From positions 1 through 64,000 of the forward strand of contig JAYUUN010000111.1 of assembly GCA_043754535.1 (NCBI GenBank): DNA of 64,000 bases, given 5' to 3'. The DNA comes from Chloroflexota bacterium (GTDB lineage Bacteria > Chloroflexota > Chloroflexia > QHBQ01). The notes below the pieces were generated by a model. That model had not been told where the DNA came from. It worked only from the letters and a program-made list of their open reading frames with translations, and did no database searches. The position numbers and the translations under genes were made by a program. Positions within the stretch are counted from its first letter, which is position 1; each line of letters starts with the position of its first letter. Of the stretch, positions 52,926 through 63,237 are shown piece by piece.

Positions 52926-53753
52926 TCATTTCGGCTTAATCCCCTGGTAATACACTCCACTGGCAACCACAAAGCTGTGTTCCTTGCGCTCCAGCCACTT
53001 GTCGAGATACTTGAGCGGGCTGAACAGCAAGCGACCAACTTCTTTGGCGCGGACGAAACCGTTGTGGCCTATCCGCCGCTTGGAGTCGTCAAACTCACCA
53101 TCTATATCGCCTATTATTCCAGCAAAGTCAGTCAAAATCCAGGTCAGCATACTGCCAGGGCCGTTGGCAAGCCCCACCTCACGCTCCTCAAAGTTGCGGA
53201 AGATCGAGCGCAGCCCAGGGATGGTGTAGCGGTAGTAGTCACCAGGGTCGGCGTGATACGGCTGGAGGAAGGGGACTTCCATGTAGAATGCGCCGCCCGG
53301 CTTCAGCACCCGCTCAATCTCCGCCGTGACAATCCAGGGCCGTTCCAGGTGTTCAAAAACGGCGATAGCGACCACCGCATCAAACGACTCGTTAGCAAAA
53401 GGGAGGATGTGTGCGTCGGCTGTGACTGTCGTCGTATGAGTCGGTACCACGTCAATGTTGACTACGTTGGCAGCGTAGTTCTTCATCCCGCCACCAATGT
53501 TTAGAATACGTGCATCTGGCCCTAGTGAGGCGACGAGCTTCGGCACACGAGCGATGTGTTCAGGGCTGAGGTAGGTGGGATAGTAGTAGTTGTCCAGCCG
53601 CCGCTGTATCCACTGCGGCAGACGACCACTACGGCGAGCCAGCAGATAGACGCTGAGATAGAAGCTAAAGGGGATCGCTACTAGCAACAGGGCTATTGCG
53701 CCAACGAACGAGAGGAAGCTACTTCTAACCCCTCTGCTATTGTTATCTATCAT
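52926..53753 (-). CDS. Class I SAM-dependent methyltransferase with N-terminal TM
   Basis: ILNIGGG, DAHILPFANESFD, AVFEHL, RVLKPGG, DYYRYT. Confidence 0.88.
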   Translation of the reverse strand: MIDNNSRGVRSSFLSFVGAIALLLVAIPFSFYLSVYLLARRSGRLPQWIQRRLDNYYYPTYLSPEHIARVPKLVASLGPDARILNIGGGMKNYAANVVNIDVVPTHTTTVTADAHILPFANESFDAVVAIAVFEHLERPWIVTAEIERVLKPGGAFYMEVPFLQPYHADPGDYYRYTIPGLRSIFRNFEEREVGLANGPGSMLTWILTDFAGIIGDIDGEFDDSKRRIGHNGFVRAKEVGRLLFSPLKYLDKWLERKEHSFVVASGVYYQGIKPK

Positions 53754-53837
53754 AGTACCTATCTCCTTCTCCCCATGTTTGCTCGGCGCATTATAGCAAA
53801 GAACCCCGCCTGCTAGCAAACGAGATTGCACCCAGGG

Positions 53838-53987
53838 CTTGACATTTAGCGCATTATAGGCTAATATTCAAGTTAGGATTTATGCGTGGCCGCCAGGTGG
53901 TGGCTAATCTTGAACGAGGGTGACCGATGAACAATCGAGCAGGGGTGGAGCAGGGCCGCAGCCAGACCGATGCGCTGGCAGTTGCTG
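53838..53987 (+). repeat. Intact copy: promoter and start of the ArsR gene
   Basis: TTGACA-17-TAATAT; direct repeat of 52791-52925. Confidence 0.85.
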
Positions 53988-54430
53988 CTGAAGGTCAGCG
54001 GAGCCGCCTGGAGTCTATCGAGCGCGGTTTGGACGAGTTGGAGCAGGGCTTGGAGCGCAATCTTGAGCGAGCCAAGCGGGTAGCCGAGCGCGTCAGCGCA
54101 GCTACCAACGGCAAGCGTTCGGAGGCGGCTGCCTCCCGCGAAAGGAATATGGATATGCGAGTGCGTGACCTCAAGCCCTACCTGCAAGCGGTGGCTGATG
54201 CTACCCGCCTTAGCATCTTGCAGGAAATGGCGAAGGTGAGCGAGATGCCTGTTCACGACATCTCGGCGATCCTAGACCTGAGTCAGCCACTCACCTCCTG
54301 GCACCTACTGATCCTCAAGCGGGCTGGGCTGGTTGAGACCCGCAAGGTCGGGCGGCAGGTGATGTATCGCCTCAACCGCGAACGCCTGCAAGAGCGGCAG
54401 GGCAAGTTTGCCGCCTTGATGTCCCTTTAA
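53927..54430 (+). CDS. ArsR/SmtB family transcriptional regulator with N-terminal coiled coil
   Basis: AVADATRLSIL, LSQPLTSWHLLILKRAGLV, RKVGRQVMYRLN. Confidence 0.85.
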   Translation: MNNRAGVEQGRSQTDALAVAAEGQRSRLESIERGLDELEQGLERNLERAKRVAERVSAATNGKRSEAAASRERNMDMRVRDLKPYLQAVADATRLSILQEMAKVSEMPVHDISAILDLSQPLTSWHLLILKRAGLVETRKVGRQVMYRLNRERLQERQGKFAALMSL

Positions 54431-54511
54431 CGCGCCCTTACCTGCCCCTCAAAACGGAGGCGGGTGGGGATAGTAATGCAAGCAACCAATAAAGTAAGGA
54501 GCCAGTACAAG

Positions 54512-55780
54512 TTGAGTAACAAGATTCGTGTAGCGATCATCGGGGTGGGCAACTGCGCCTCGTCTTTGGTGCAAGGTGTCCAGTTCTACCAGAATACCCC
54601 CGACGACGCGCAAGTACCGGGCCTGATGCACGTGCGCCTCGGTGGCTACCACATCAACGACATTGAGTTCAGCGCGGCAATTGACATTGACACCAACAAG
54701 GTCGGCAAAGACCTGAGCGAGGCGATCTTCACCAAGCCGAACAACACGATCAAGTTTAGCGACGTGCCAAACCTCGGCGTGCCTGTGATGCGGGGTATGA
54801 CCCACGACGGTCTCGGCAAGTACCTATCGCAGGTAATCACCAAAGCCCCAGGTAGCACAGTAGACATTGTGAAGCTGCTCAAGGACACTGGCACCCAGGT
54901 GGTAGTCAGCTACCTGCCGGTTGGCAGCGAGATGGCGACCAAGTGGTATGTGGAGCAGATTCTGGAGGCCGGTTGCGCCTTCATCAACTGCATTCCCGTC
55001 TTCATTGGGCGCGAACCGTACTGGCAGAACCGCTTCCGCCAGAAGGGGTTGCCGATCATCGGCGACGACATCAAGTCGCAGGTGGGCGCGACGATCACCC
55101 ACCGCGTCCTTACCCGTCTGTTCGAGGATCGCGGCGTGCGCCTGGATCGCACCTATCAGCTTAACTTTGGCGGCAACACCGACTTCCTCAATATGCTGGA
55201 GCGCGAGCGGTTGGAGAGCAAGAAAATCAGCAAGACCAATGCCGTTACCAGCCAGCTTGACTATGAACTAGCTCCTGAGTCGATCCATGTTGGCCCCAGC
55301 GACCACGTGCCGTGGCTCGAAGACCGCAAGTGGTGCTACATCCGTATGGAAGGTACTACCTTCGGCAACGTGCCGCTGAACATGGAACTGAAGCTCGAAG
55401 TGTGGGACTCGCCGAACAGCGCAGGGGTAGTGATCGACGCAATCCGCTGTGCCAAGCTGGGCCTGGATCGTGGCCTCAGCGGAACCCTGGAAGGGCCGAG
55501 CAGCTACTTCATGAAGTCGCCGCCAGTACAGTACCACGACGACATTGCCCGCGAGTTGGTTGAAGCCTTCATTCGTGGCGACGACAACCGCACCCAGCCC
55601 GCCATGCCGCAGGCCACCGTGGTAGAGGAAGTGGCGCAGCCAGCCCTGGGCATCAACGACCACGCCCTTGACGTACCAGCCGATGCAGAGCTTCGTATCC
55701 TGACCAGTGGCAACGGCAAGGCGAACGGTAAGGCCAACGGCAGGGTTGCCGAGCCAGTCGCCACCGAGAGCGAGAAGTAG
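54512..55780 (+). CDS. ino1: Inositol-3-phosphate synthase
   Basis: [42 protein letters not shown]; start may instead be ATG 54476. Confidence 0.95.
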   Translation: MSNKIRVAIIGVGNCASSLVQGVQFYQNTPDDAQVPGLMHVRLGGYHINDIEFSAAIDIDTNKVGKDLSEAIFTKPNNTIKFSDVPNLGVPVMRGMTHDGLGKYLSQVITKAPGSTVDIVKLLKDTGTQVVVSYLPVGSEMATKWYVEQILEAGCAFINCIPVFIGREPYWQNRFRQKGLPIIGDDIKSQVGATITHRVLTRLFEDRGVRLDRTYQLNFGGNTDFLNMLERERLESKKISKTNAVTSQLDYELAPESIHVGPSDHVPWLEDRKWCYIRMEGTTFGNVPLNMELKLEVWDSPNSAGVVIDAIRCAKLGLDRGLSGTLEGPSSYFMKSPPVQYHDDIARELVEAFIRGDDNRTQPAMPQATVVEEVAQPALGINDHALDVPADAELRILTSGNGKANGKANGRVAEPVATESEK

Positions 55781-55794
55781 CACTTTGTGTAGCA

Positions 55795-55824
55795 GAGGGG
55801 GCGTGGCCTGGCTACGCCCCCTTC
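55795..55824 (+). terminator. Hairpin after ino1
   Basis: AGGGGGCGTGGC-CTG-GCTACGCCCCCT. Confidence 0.65.
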
Positions 55825-55909
55825 GCTTTGCCTGTATTTCCTCTTTGCCAACCAAACTGGTATAATTCACTGGGTTAATGAGTGTTCAACATGGAGGGGT
55901 TAGCAGTTT

Positions 55910-56914
55910 ATGAAGCTCTATTGGCTATTTCGGCTACTCGGCTTCCTCGGCAGCACCTTGCCGATCAAGTTCTGCTATCGGGCGGCGGCTCTGGTCGGCG
56001 ATGTGATCTACTTCGGCTGGCGGCGGCCCAGCCGCAACGCGGTTGCCAATATGCGGCACGTGCTGAACTCGGTAGACACCCCAGTGCAGGGCATTTACGC
56101 CCGCATGGTGCGCTTCCGCAGTACCAAGAAGCGGGCGGAATTGCTCGCTCGCCGCAGCTTGCGGAACTACGCCAAGACGCTGGTGGACATCGCCCGCTTC
56201 GACAAGTTGAGCATCGCCCAGGTCAACGAACTGTGCGCCCCAGAGGGTACCGACCACCTGCGCCGCGCTCTGGCGAAGGGTAAGGGGCTGATCGTCGTCA
56301 CCTACCATTTCGGCAGTTGGGATTTCGCGGCGGTGGAGGTGATGCGCCAACTGCCCGACCTCGACTTCTACGCCCTGGCTGACACCCTGGAGCCGCCACG
56401 CCTGGACGACCTGGTGAACGGCGCACGCGCGCGCAAGGGGATCAAGATCATCCGCCTCAACAGTGGGGCCATGCGCCAGATATTTGAGGCTCTGCGCCGC
56501 CAGCAGGTGGTTTTCATTGCGATGGACAAGCCGACCCCTGGCGATGGCGTGCCAGTCAACCTGTTTGGTGGGCGTGCCTGGCTGCCCTCTGGCCCCGCCG
56601 CGATTTCGCTGCGCACTGGCGCGCCGATCATCACCGGCTATGCTGTCCGCAAGCGCGGCGACACTCACTATCGCGCCGTAGCCGAGCCGCACATCGAGTA
56701 CACCCCGATTGGCGACAAGGATCAGGATGTTAAGGCACTAACCCAACTGCTGGCAAGCCGCATGGAGGGGGCAATCGCGCAGTACCCTGACCAATGGTAT
56801 ATGTTCCGCGAAATGTGGCCGCAGGATAGCGGTAGCGGGGCTGATGCTGAGGAGGATGCTGAGGAGATGGAGAGCCAGCCGCAGTTGGCGGTAGACGGTA
56901 GCCAGGTACAGTAG
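55910..56914 (+). CDS. Lysophospholipid acyltransferase family (LpxL/PatA-like)
   Basis: HFGSWD (HX4D), AMDK, GPAAISLRTGAP, YPDQWYMF. Confidence 0.85.
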   Translation: MKLYWLFRLLGFLGSTLPIKFCYRAAALVGDVIYFGWRRPSRNAVANMRHVLNSVDTPVQGIYARMVRFRSTKKRAELLARRSLRNYAKTLVDIARFDKLSIAQVNELCAPEGTDHLRRALAKGKGLIVVTYHFGSWDFAAVEVMRQLPDLDFYALADTLEPPRLDDLVNGARARKGIKIIRLNSGAMRQIFEALRRQQVVFIAMDKPTPGDGVPVNLFGGRAWLPSGPAAISLRTGAPIITGYAVRKRGDTHYRAVAEPHIEYTPIGDKDQDVKALTQLLASRMEGAIAQYPDQWYMFREMWPQDSGSGADAEEDAEEMESQPQLAVDGSQVQ

Positions 56915-56917
56915 CCG

Positions 56918-57787
56918 GTGAATGCTGTCGGCTACTACAAGCTGGGGCTGCGTGTCGCTCCCCGCCTGCCGCTCGTGGTTGGCTACGCCCTCTGCCGCGC
57001 CGTCGGCATCGCTAGCTATCTCTTTAATCGCTCTGCCCGCCAGGCGGTGCAGAGCAATATGCGCCACGTCGTCGGCAAGGCGGCTAGTAAGGGGCTAATC
57101 AATCGGCTGGCGCGGGGCGTGTTCGTCAACAACTTCAAGAACTACTTTGATATGCTACGCCTGGAGTCGCTGACCAACGAGCAGATCATCGAGGTGGTGA
57201 CGGTCGAAGGGGCAGAGTACATTGACGAGGGGCTGAAGCTGGGGCGCGGGGTGATCATGTATACGGCGCACCTGGGCAACTTCAACCTGATCATCCAGTT
57301 GCCGACCGCTCTGGGCTACAAGTTCAACCTGCTGGCCGAGCCGGTCGAGCCGCCAGAGTTGTACGCCTTCCTCACCGAAATGCGCGAGTCGCACGGGGCA
57401 AAGCTAATCCCCGTCGGTGGCCCCGCAATCATGCAGGCGATCCGCGCCCTCAAGCGCAACGAAATCCTCGGCATTGCCGCTGACCGCGACGTGACCAACA
57501 GCGGGCAGGCGGTGATGATGTTCGATGCAGAGGCGGTGTTGCCCGTCGGCACCGTGCAGCTAGCCGCTCGCCTCAACGTGCCGCTGATCCCAGCCCACAT
57601 CTACCGCCGCCCCGACAATAGTTCGCACGCGATCATCTACCCGCCGATGCAGCTTGAGCATACTGGCGATCTGGAGCGTGATACTGCCATCAACCTCCGC
57701 AAGGTCGCCACGACGATGGAGCAGTTTATTGCTCGCACGCCAGAGCAGTGGGTGGTCTTGCAGGCGATCTGGCCGGAGGACAGGTAG
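56918..57787 (+). CDS. Lysophospholipid acyltransferase family (LpxL/PatA-like)
   Basis: AHLGNFN, AADRD, PEQWVVLQAIW. Confidence 0.85.
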   Translation: MNAVGYYKLGLRVAPRLPLVVGYALCRAVGIASYLFNRSARQAVQSNMRHVVGKAASKGLINRLARGVFVNNFKNYFDMLRLESLTNEQIIEVVTVEGAEYIDEGLKLGRGVIMYTAHLGNFNLIIQLPTALGYKFNLLAEPVEPPELYAFLTEMRESHGAKLIPVGGPAIMQAIRALKRNEILGIAADRDVTNSGQAVMMFDAEAVLPVGTVQLAARLNVPLIPAHIYRRPDNSSHAIIYPPMQLEHTGDLERDTAINLRKVATTMEQFIARTPEQWVVLQAIWPEDR

Positions 57788-57946
57788 GCGGAGGCTAGCT
57801 ATCAAGCAGCATCACTAAAGTTAATCTGCCGTAATAAATCACTTCAAGAAGGTGCCAACAAACCTGTTGCAATGCGTCAGATCATGTGCTGCAATGGGGT
57901 TGCTGTTGTGAACCGTCTGCGATCTCAACCAACAAAGGAGGGGTCT

Positions 57947-58055
57947 ATGTTCAAGCGCACTTCTTCCACCACCCCTTCTGCTACTACTCATAGCAATCCC
58001 CCTTCTCCTCTCGCTGTTCAACTATAATGCTGCTGCGCAGGAGCGGCCTGGCTCA
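57947..58055 (+). pseudogene. Frameshifted signal-peptide remnant of a lost secreted-protein gene
   Basis: AAAGGAGG + ATG; removing one base gives MFKRLLPPPLLLLLIAIPLLLSLFNYNAAAQE. Confidence 0.4.
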
Positions 58056-59342
58056 TTGCTCGAACAGCAGCAGGTTAACCTGGCTACCGGCTGTTACCAG
58101 CGACACATCCTCTGGCACGACCAGGTAGGCGTTGGCGCGGCTGATGCTGGTGAGAATGCCGCTGCCTTGCGCGCCGCTGCTGCGGGCGGTGTAGCCGCTA
58201 GCCGGGTCGTAGCTGGCAACCATGCGGCAGTAGAAGCGACGACCGCCTCCGTTCTGCACATCTTCCAGCAGAGTAGCGGGGACACTGACAAGTGGACGGG
58301 GTGGGCCGCCCATCAGCGCGAGGATGGCAGGGCGGGCAAACACATCGAAGCTGACTAGAGCAGAGACGGGGTTGCCGGGCAGCCCCAGCAGCGGCACCCC
58401 TTGCAGCCGTCCGAAGACCAAAGGCTTGCCGGGGCGCAAGCTAACCTGCCAGAAGTTCATCTTGCCGCGCTCGATCAGCATATTCTTTACGATGTCGTAG
58501 TCGCCATAGCTAACCCCGCCTGCGGTGATAAAGAGGTCAGTCCCGGCTGCTATGCCTAGATCAAACTTAGCGGCGAGGTCGGCTACGTTGTCGCGGGCAA
58601 TGCCGAGCGAGAGCGGCTCGCCGCCAAGCTGCTGCACCGCCGCCACCAAACTGTAGCCGTTGCTGTCGTATATCTGTCCCCGCGTCGCGTCCAATACGCC
58701 GTCGGCGGCTACCAGTTCGTCGCCGGTCGCCAGGATCGCTACGCGAGGGCGGCGGGCCACCTGCACATGGGCGCGACCGAGCGAGGCCAATACGCCTAGC
58801 TCTGCTGGCCGTAGGCGGGTGCCAGCGATCAACACTAGTTCGCCCAGCCGAATGTCTTCGCCAGCCACCCGTGTGTAGTTGCCCGGCCCGACCGCCACCA
58901 TCACCTGCACAGTGGCAGGTGGACTGTCGCTCCCCGGTGCGCTGCCTACCCCATCCAGCCCGCGATAGTGGCGGTGATCAAGAGTCGGTGCGTCGCTACT
59001 ATCCTCAAAGCGCACCACGGCATCAGCCCCAGGGGGGAGCGGCGCACCAGTCATGATCCGCATCGTCTCGCCCACACCGAGGCTGCGGGCCGAGCGATAG
59101 CCCGCCGCCAGGTTGCCAACCACGCGTAGGCTGACTGGTGTACCCTGCTGAGCAGCAGTAGTATCAACCGCCCGCACCGCATAGCCGTCCATAGACGAGT
59201 TGGCGAAGGGCGGCACGTTCGCGCTGGCGTACACATCCTCGCGTAGCACCCGGCCCAGGGCCGCTTGCAGGTCCACTTCTTCAGCAGCCAGCGGCGTGAG
59301 GTCGGCCAGGATTAGGCCCAGAGCTTCATCTACCGTCAACAT
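58053..59342 (-). CDS. moeA: Molybdopterin molybdotransferase
   Basis: PPFANSSMDGYAV, RIMTGAPLP, TGDEL, RPGKPL, GLPGNPVS. Confidence 0.95.
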   Translation of the reverse strand: MLTVDEALGLILADLTPLAAEEVDLQAALGRVLREDVYASANVPPFANSSMDGYAVRAVDTTAAQQGTPVSLRVVGNLAAGYRSARSLGVGETMRIMTGAPLPPGADAVVRFEDSSDAPTLDHRHYRGLDGVGSAPGSDSPPATVQVMVAVGPGNYTRVAGEDIRLGELVLIAGTRLRPAELGVLASLGRAHVQVARRPRVAILATGDELVAADGVLDATRGQIYDSNGYSLVAAVQQLGGEPLSLGIARDNVADLAAKFDLGIAAGTDLFITAGGVSYGDYDIVKNMLIERGKMNFWQVSLRPGKPLVFGRLQGVPLLGLPGNPVSALVSFDVFARPAILALMGGPPRPLVSVPATLLEDVQNGGGRRFYCRMVASYDPASGYTARSSGAQGSGILTSISRANAYLVVPEDVSLVTAGSQVNLLLFEQ

Positions 59343-59385
59343 CTTTGCGGCCTCCTTTGCATATTCAAGGCTATTATAGCGCACT

Positions 59386-59461
59386 TTGACAAAGGGGAAG
59401 GGCTAGTGTTATACTGGCTTAACTCCGTAAACCAAACATGGCTGATCGCACATTGCGATCA
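59386..59461 (+). promoter_or_regulatory. sigma70 promoter of the rhomboid gene with downstream palindrome
   Basis: TTGACA-18-(TG.)TATACT; TGATCGCA-CAT-TGCGATCA at 59443-59461. Confidence 0.65.
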
Positions 59462-59491
59462 TTTGCTGCAAATGTTACAGGTAGGTAATTT

Positions 59492-60361
59492 ATGCAGGCT
59501 AATCAGGATCAGGGCATGGGCTGGGTTGAAACCCAAATCGTAGTTGGCTCACCAGCGGCCAGAGACCTCGGCCCACGCACAGCACCGCTGGCAATCCCGT
59601 TGGCGCGCCCCCTCGTCGTCTACGTACTGACAGCGATCAATGTGCTGGTTTGGCTGCTGACCACCTTCTATGCGGTGTTCAACTACAAAACGCCGCTTGG
59701 TACTGCGGCGATGGGTGATGGCTTGGGCCTGGAAGTAGCCCTGCGCCGCTTCGGGGGGATGGATAGCAGCCTGATCGCCGAGGGGCAGTGGTGGCGCATC
59801 TTCACCGTCATGTTCCTACACGCGGGCATCATCCACCTGGGCTTCAACTCGTGGGCCTTGATCGTGCTGGGTGGCGAGGCCGAGTCGCTCTTTGGTCGTT
59901 GGAAGTTTCTACTCTACTACCTGCTCTCCGGGCTGGGTGGCAGCATCGCCAGCCTGCTGATCAACAGGCCCGAACTATCGGTGGGGGCGAGTGGGGCGAT
60001 CTTCGGGGCTATCGGCCTGCTAGCAGGCTACTACTGGCGGCATCGCAACGACCTGGGGGCGGCAGGGCGCAGCCGTTTCTTCAACATCATCCTGGTAATC
60101 GTGCTGAACATGGCCCTCAGCACCAGCGTAGCCAGGATCGACAACTGGGCGCACACAGGTGGACTGATCGGCGGCCTTTTGTTGGGGCTACTGCTAGCCC
60201 CCGCGTATGTAGTGCGGCAGGAGGTTGAGGCGGAGGGTAGGGGAGAGAGAGAGGCGGTAGTTCGCAGCCAACCGGGGCTACAACTGGCGACGCTTGCCAG
60301 CTTCGCGCTGCTGCTGATCGCCCTCTTTGCTTTTGCCCTCAGCCGCCTGCCAAGCAGCTAA
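59492..60361 (+). CDS. Rhomboid family intramembrane serine protease
   Basis: WWRIFTVMFLH, HLGFN, GASGAIFG, AHTGG. Confidence 0.93.
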   Translation: MQANQDQGMGWVETQIVVGSPAARDLGPRTAPLAIPLARPLVVYVLTAINVLVWLLTTFYAVFNYKTPLGTAAMGDGLGLEVALRRFGGMDSSLIAEGQWWRIFTVMFLHAGIIHLGFNSWALIVLGGEAESLFGRWKFLLYYLLSGLGGSIASLLINRPELSVGASGAIFGAIGLLAGYYWRHRNDLGAAGRSRFFNIILVIVLNMALSTSVARIDNWAHTGGLIGGLLLGLLLAPAYVVRQEVEAEGRGEREAVVRSQPGLQLATLASFALLLIALFAFALSRLPSS

Positions 60362-60480
60362 GTGGCATGGTGCGCTGCTCGTCTGGAAGCGGCAGGGCGG
60401 GATTTGGACAGCGTGGGGGAACGGATAGGGTATTTTGGCCCTCGGTTGCCAGAGCAGCCTGGGTCTCAAGGCAAATGTTT

Positions 60481-61668
60481 ATGTTGGAGCGTAGCACGAA
60501 TGAGGCGGATGGCCGGGCTGCAAGTTATGGCAAGCAACGGCTAGACAAGCTGCTTGGACGTGAGCGAGAGGTGAGGGTTGGCAGCCTTGATGGCACGGCT
60601 GCCAACCCCGCATACCCGTTGCCAGATAGCGACTACGAGACGAAGGGCCGCGCCGACCCGCGCATTGCCCGCGCCACTCGCCCGCTTTCGGCCAGCCAGC
60701 TTGACAGCTTCTCCCAGGTAGAGACGATCAGCCGCCCACGCAGGGTGCTGATCCTGGATCGGCGGCTGGATGTGGCCTCTGCCTTCAGCGTCTACCTGCA
60801 AGCAATGGGCTACCAGGTCGCCACCGTCACTGATAGCCAGCAGATCGTGACGCAGGTGCGTAAGCAGCAGCCCGATGTGGTGCTGATCAACCATGCTGGG
60901 GCAGACGACGAACCAGCCGAGATTTGTCGCAACCTCAAGCAGACGCGCACCACCGCCGCCGTGCCACTGATCTTCATCACCCCTAGCAGCGACACCAGCC
61001 TGCTGATCGAGTGCATCCGCGCCGGGGCTGATGACTACCTGATCAAACCCTACGACCTCACCCAGCTACACGCCCGCATCGAGATGGTACTGACCCGCTT
61101 GGAACGGGCGCGCCAGGCCAGCCCGCTGACGGGGCTACCCGGCAATGTGGAGATCGAGTATGAGGTCGAGCGCAGACTGCATGAGAGCCAGGAGTTCGCT
61201 GTCTGCTACTCTGACCTTGCCAACTTCAAGGCCTTCAACGACACCTACGGCATCGCGCACGGCAACCGCGTGCTGCAACTCACCGGCCAGGTGGTGGCCG
61301 GGGCAGTGGACGAGATGGGGGCGGAGAGTGACTTTGTGGGCCATGTGGGGGGCGACGACTTTATCTTCATCATAGGATTGACGCGAGTGGAAGCGATCTG
61401 CCAGGCGATCATCAGCCGCTTCGACGAGCGTATCCCCCCCTACTACGCCCACGCCGACCGTGATCGGGGCTACATTATCGCCCACGACCGCGCTGACGCG
61501 ATCACCCGCTTCCCGATCATGACGATCAGCATTGCAGGAGTAACGAACTGTAAAGGCAGCCTGAGCAGCTTCGCCCAGGCCTCGGCTATTGCCAGTAACA
61601 TCAAACGCTACCTCAAGACGCAGCACAGCAGCCGCTACTTGATCGACCGCCGTGGCAACTGCCTGTAA
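60481..61668 (+). CDS. Receiver + GGDEF domain protein (atypical)
   Basis: REC (GADDYLIKP), PLTGLPGN, NFKAFNDTYG, HVGGDDF; start uncertain. Confidence 0.85.
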   Translation: MLERSTNEADGRAASYGKQRLDKLLGREREVRVGSLDGTAANPAYPLPDSDYETKGRADPRIARATRPLSASQLDSFSQVETISRPRRVLILDRRLDVASAFSVYLQAMGYQVATVTDSQQIVTQVRKQQPDVVLINHAGADDEPAEICRNLKQTRTTAAVPLIFITPSSDTSLLIECIRAGADDYLIKPYDLTQLHARIEMVLTRLERARQASPLTGLPGNVEIEYEVERRLHESQEFAVCYSDLANFKAFNDTYGIAHGNRVLQLTGQVVAGAVDEMGAESDFVGHVGGDDFIFIIGLTRVEAICQAIISRFDERIPPYYAHADRDRGYIIAHDRADAITRFPIMTISIAGVTNCKGSLSSFAQASAIASNIKRYLKTQHSSRYLIDRRGNCL

Positions 61669-63104
61669 TAACCTGCGTCGCCCTCTTGCAACAGCAGCCA
61701 GTTGAGCCAGCCAAAGAGCAGCAGGTTGGTGACCGCCAGCGGCACACTGAGATCGAAGCCGGGCAGCATCCGCAGGCCGCCACCCTCGCCATCCAGCCAA
61801 CTCCCACGCCCCAAGCCATAGAACAGAAACATATTGAGGAAGTAGACCACGCTCAAGGCAACGTATGCCGCCCCCAGCCCGCGCCGCTCTAGAGTAGGGA
61901 ACAGCATCGCCAGGCTGAGCAGGGCGAAGACGGGGTAAAGGTGGTTCTCATGTACCTGAGTGAGGAAGATAGTATAGCCATAGTAGAGCAATGCCCCGGC
62001 CAGCGGTATGTTGACGGCTGACCCGCGCTTGCGCCAGTACCAGGTGAGGAGTAGCAGAGCGTAGGCGGCGTAGAGTAGCAGGCCTAGCAGCCGGGGTGAG
62101 AGGCCAGCCCACTCGCTGCTCAGCAAATCGAGCGGCAGCAAGTCAGTTCGCACGCCAAAGCCACCCTTCTGGGCCGCGTGGAGGTAACTGAGCAGCCACC
62201 AGCCATTCGCGTTGTTGCCAGAAACGAAGTTCTCCCGCCCGTTGTAGGATAGCCCAGCTAGCAGATCGAGCAGCCGACCGCTGAAGAAGTAGGGAGTGAG
62301 CAGGGCAGCGACTGTTGCGCTGGCGGTCAGGAGGTAGCCAGGCAACCGCCGCCAGCGGGCCAGGCTGACGACGAGCAGCAGCGGCAGCAGAAACACCCCC
62401 TGTAGCTTCGTCAGCACGGAGGCGGCAAAGAGCAGCCAGGCAAGTGCGTAGCGCGACTCCATTAGCAGTACAACCGCCCCCAACAGTGGTAGGGTGAAGG
62501 TTGCATCCAGGTAGCCAAGACTGAGGGCGAGGATCAGGGCGGGGTTGAGCCAGTAGGCGGTCAGCAGCTTGATTGTAGGTCGGCGTGAGCGGTCAACCTC
62601 TGTACCTGCTTCGCCACGCCGCCACCGCCCGCTGACCAGCCAGAGCAGCGCAAAGACGGCGATATCGCTGAGCAGGCTAGGCAGGCGCACCAGGAAGTTG
62701 AGCAGCGGTCGCTCCAGGTAGCCAGGGCGGTCGGCATGGGCGAAGGCAGGGTCGCTGGCGAGGTAGAGCTTACCCGCGATAGCCAGATAGTACATGGTCA
62801 GTGGCGGATAGTCTACGTAATACTTGACCCCGCGATAGACCACCTTGCGGTTGACCGTCTCGCCGCTGAGAGCAGCCGCTGCTCCCGCTAGCGTGGGTGG
62901 GATCGGCTCGTTGCTGCCGTAGATGCGTTGTGCGCCGTCGGTCGCTGCTGCCCAGGCCCAGGCCTTCCAGGAGTTCACATCCAACGTGCCATCGCCCCAG
63001 GTGAGCAGCAGGCGTAGCAGCAGGCCGAGGGCAAACACCCCTGGCAGCCACCATTTGCGCTGCGCTGGGTCAAGGGGAGCGGGAGAGGGAAGTGAGTGTG
63101 GCAA
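61635..63104 (-). CDS. GT-C fold membrane glycosyltransferase-like protein
   Basis: DYPPL, many TMs, LNPALI, TKLQG, QVHENHLYP. Confidence 0.7.
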   Translation of the reverse strand: MPHSLPSPAPLDPAQRKWWLPGVFALGLLLRLLLTWGDGTLDVNSWKAWAWAAATDGAQRIYGSNEPIPPTLAGAAAALSGETVNRKVVYRGVKYYVDYPPLTMYYLAIAGKLYLASDPAFAHADRPGYLERPLLNFLVRLPSLLSDIAVFALLWLVSGRWRRGEAGTEVDRSRRPTIKLLTAYWLNPALILALSLGYLDATFTLPLLGAVVLLMESRYALAWLLFAASVLTKLQGVFLLPLLLVVSLARWRRLPGYLLTASATVAALLTPYFFSGRLLDLLAGLSYNGRENFVSGNNANGWWLLSYLHAAQKGGFGVRTDLLPLDLLSSEWAGLSPRLLGLLLYAAYALLLLTWYWRKRGSAVNIPLAGALLYYGYTIFLTQVHENHLYPVFALLSLAMLFPTLERRGLGAAYVALSVVYFLNMFLFYGLGRGSWLDGEGGGLRMLPGFDLSVPLAVTNLLLFGWLNWLLLQEGDAGYYRQLPRRSIK

Positions 63105-63237
63105 TAAGCTGCGATCCTCTATGCTATAATGAGGGTGTAAAAGGTGCTAAAGGCTGCTAGACTATAACAGAGCGGCGGCGGGGGTGCAAGTCGCCCTCAG
63201 CTTGGCCCGACCAGGGACTACTGTGGAGAATAGACTG

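Noticed and set aside
49310..53830. tRNA-anchored genomic island
   Set aside because: Somewhat lower GC, but no integrase or duplicated tRNA 3' end seen
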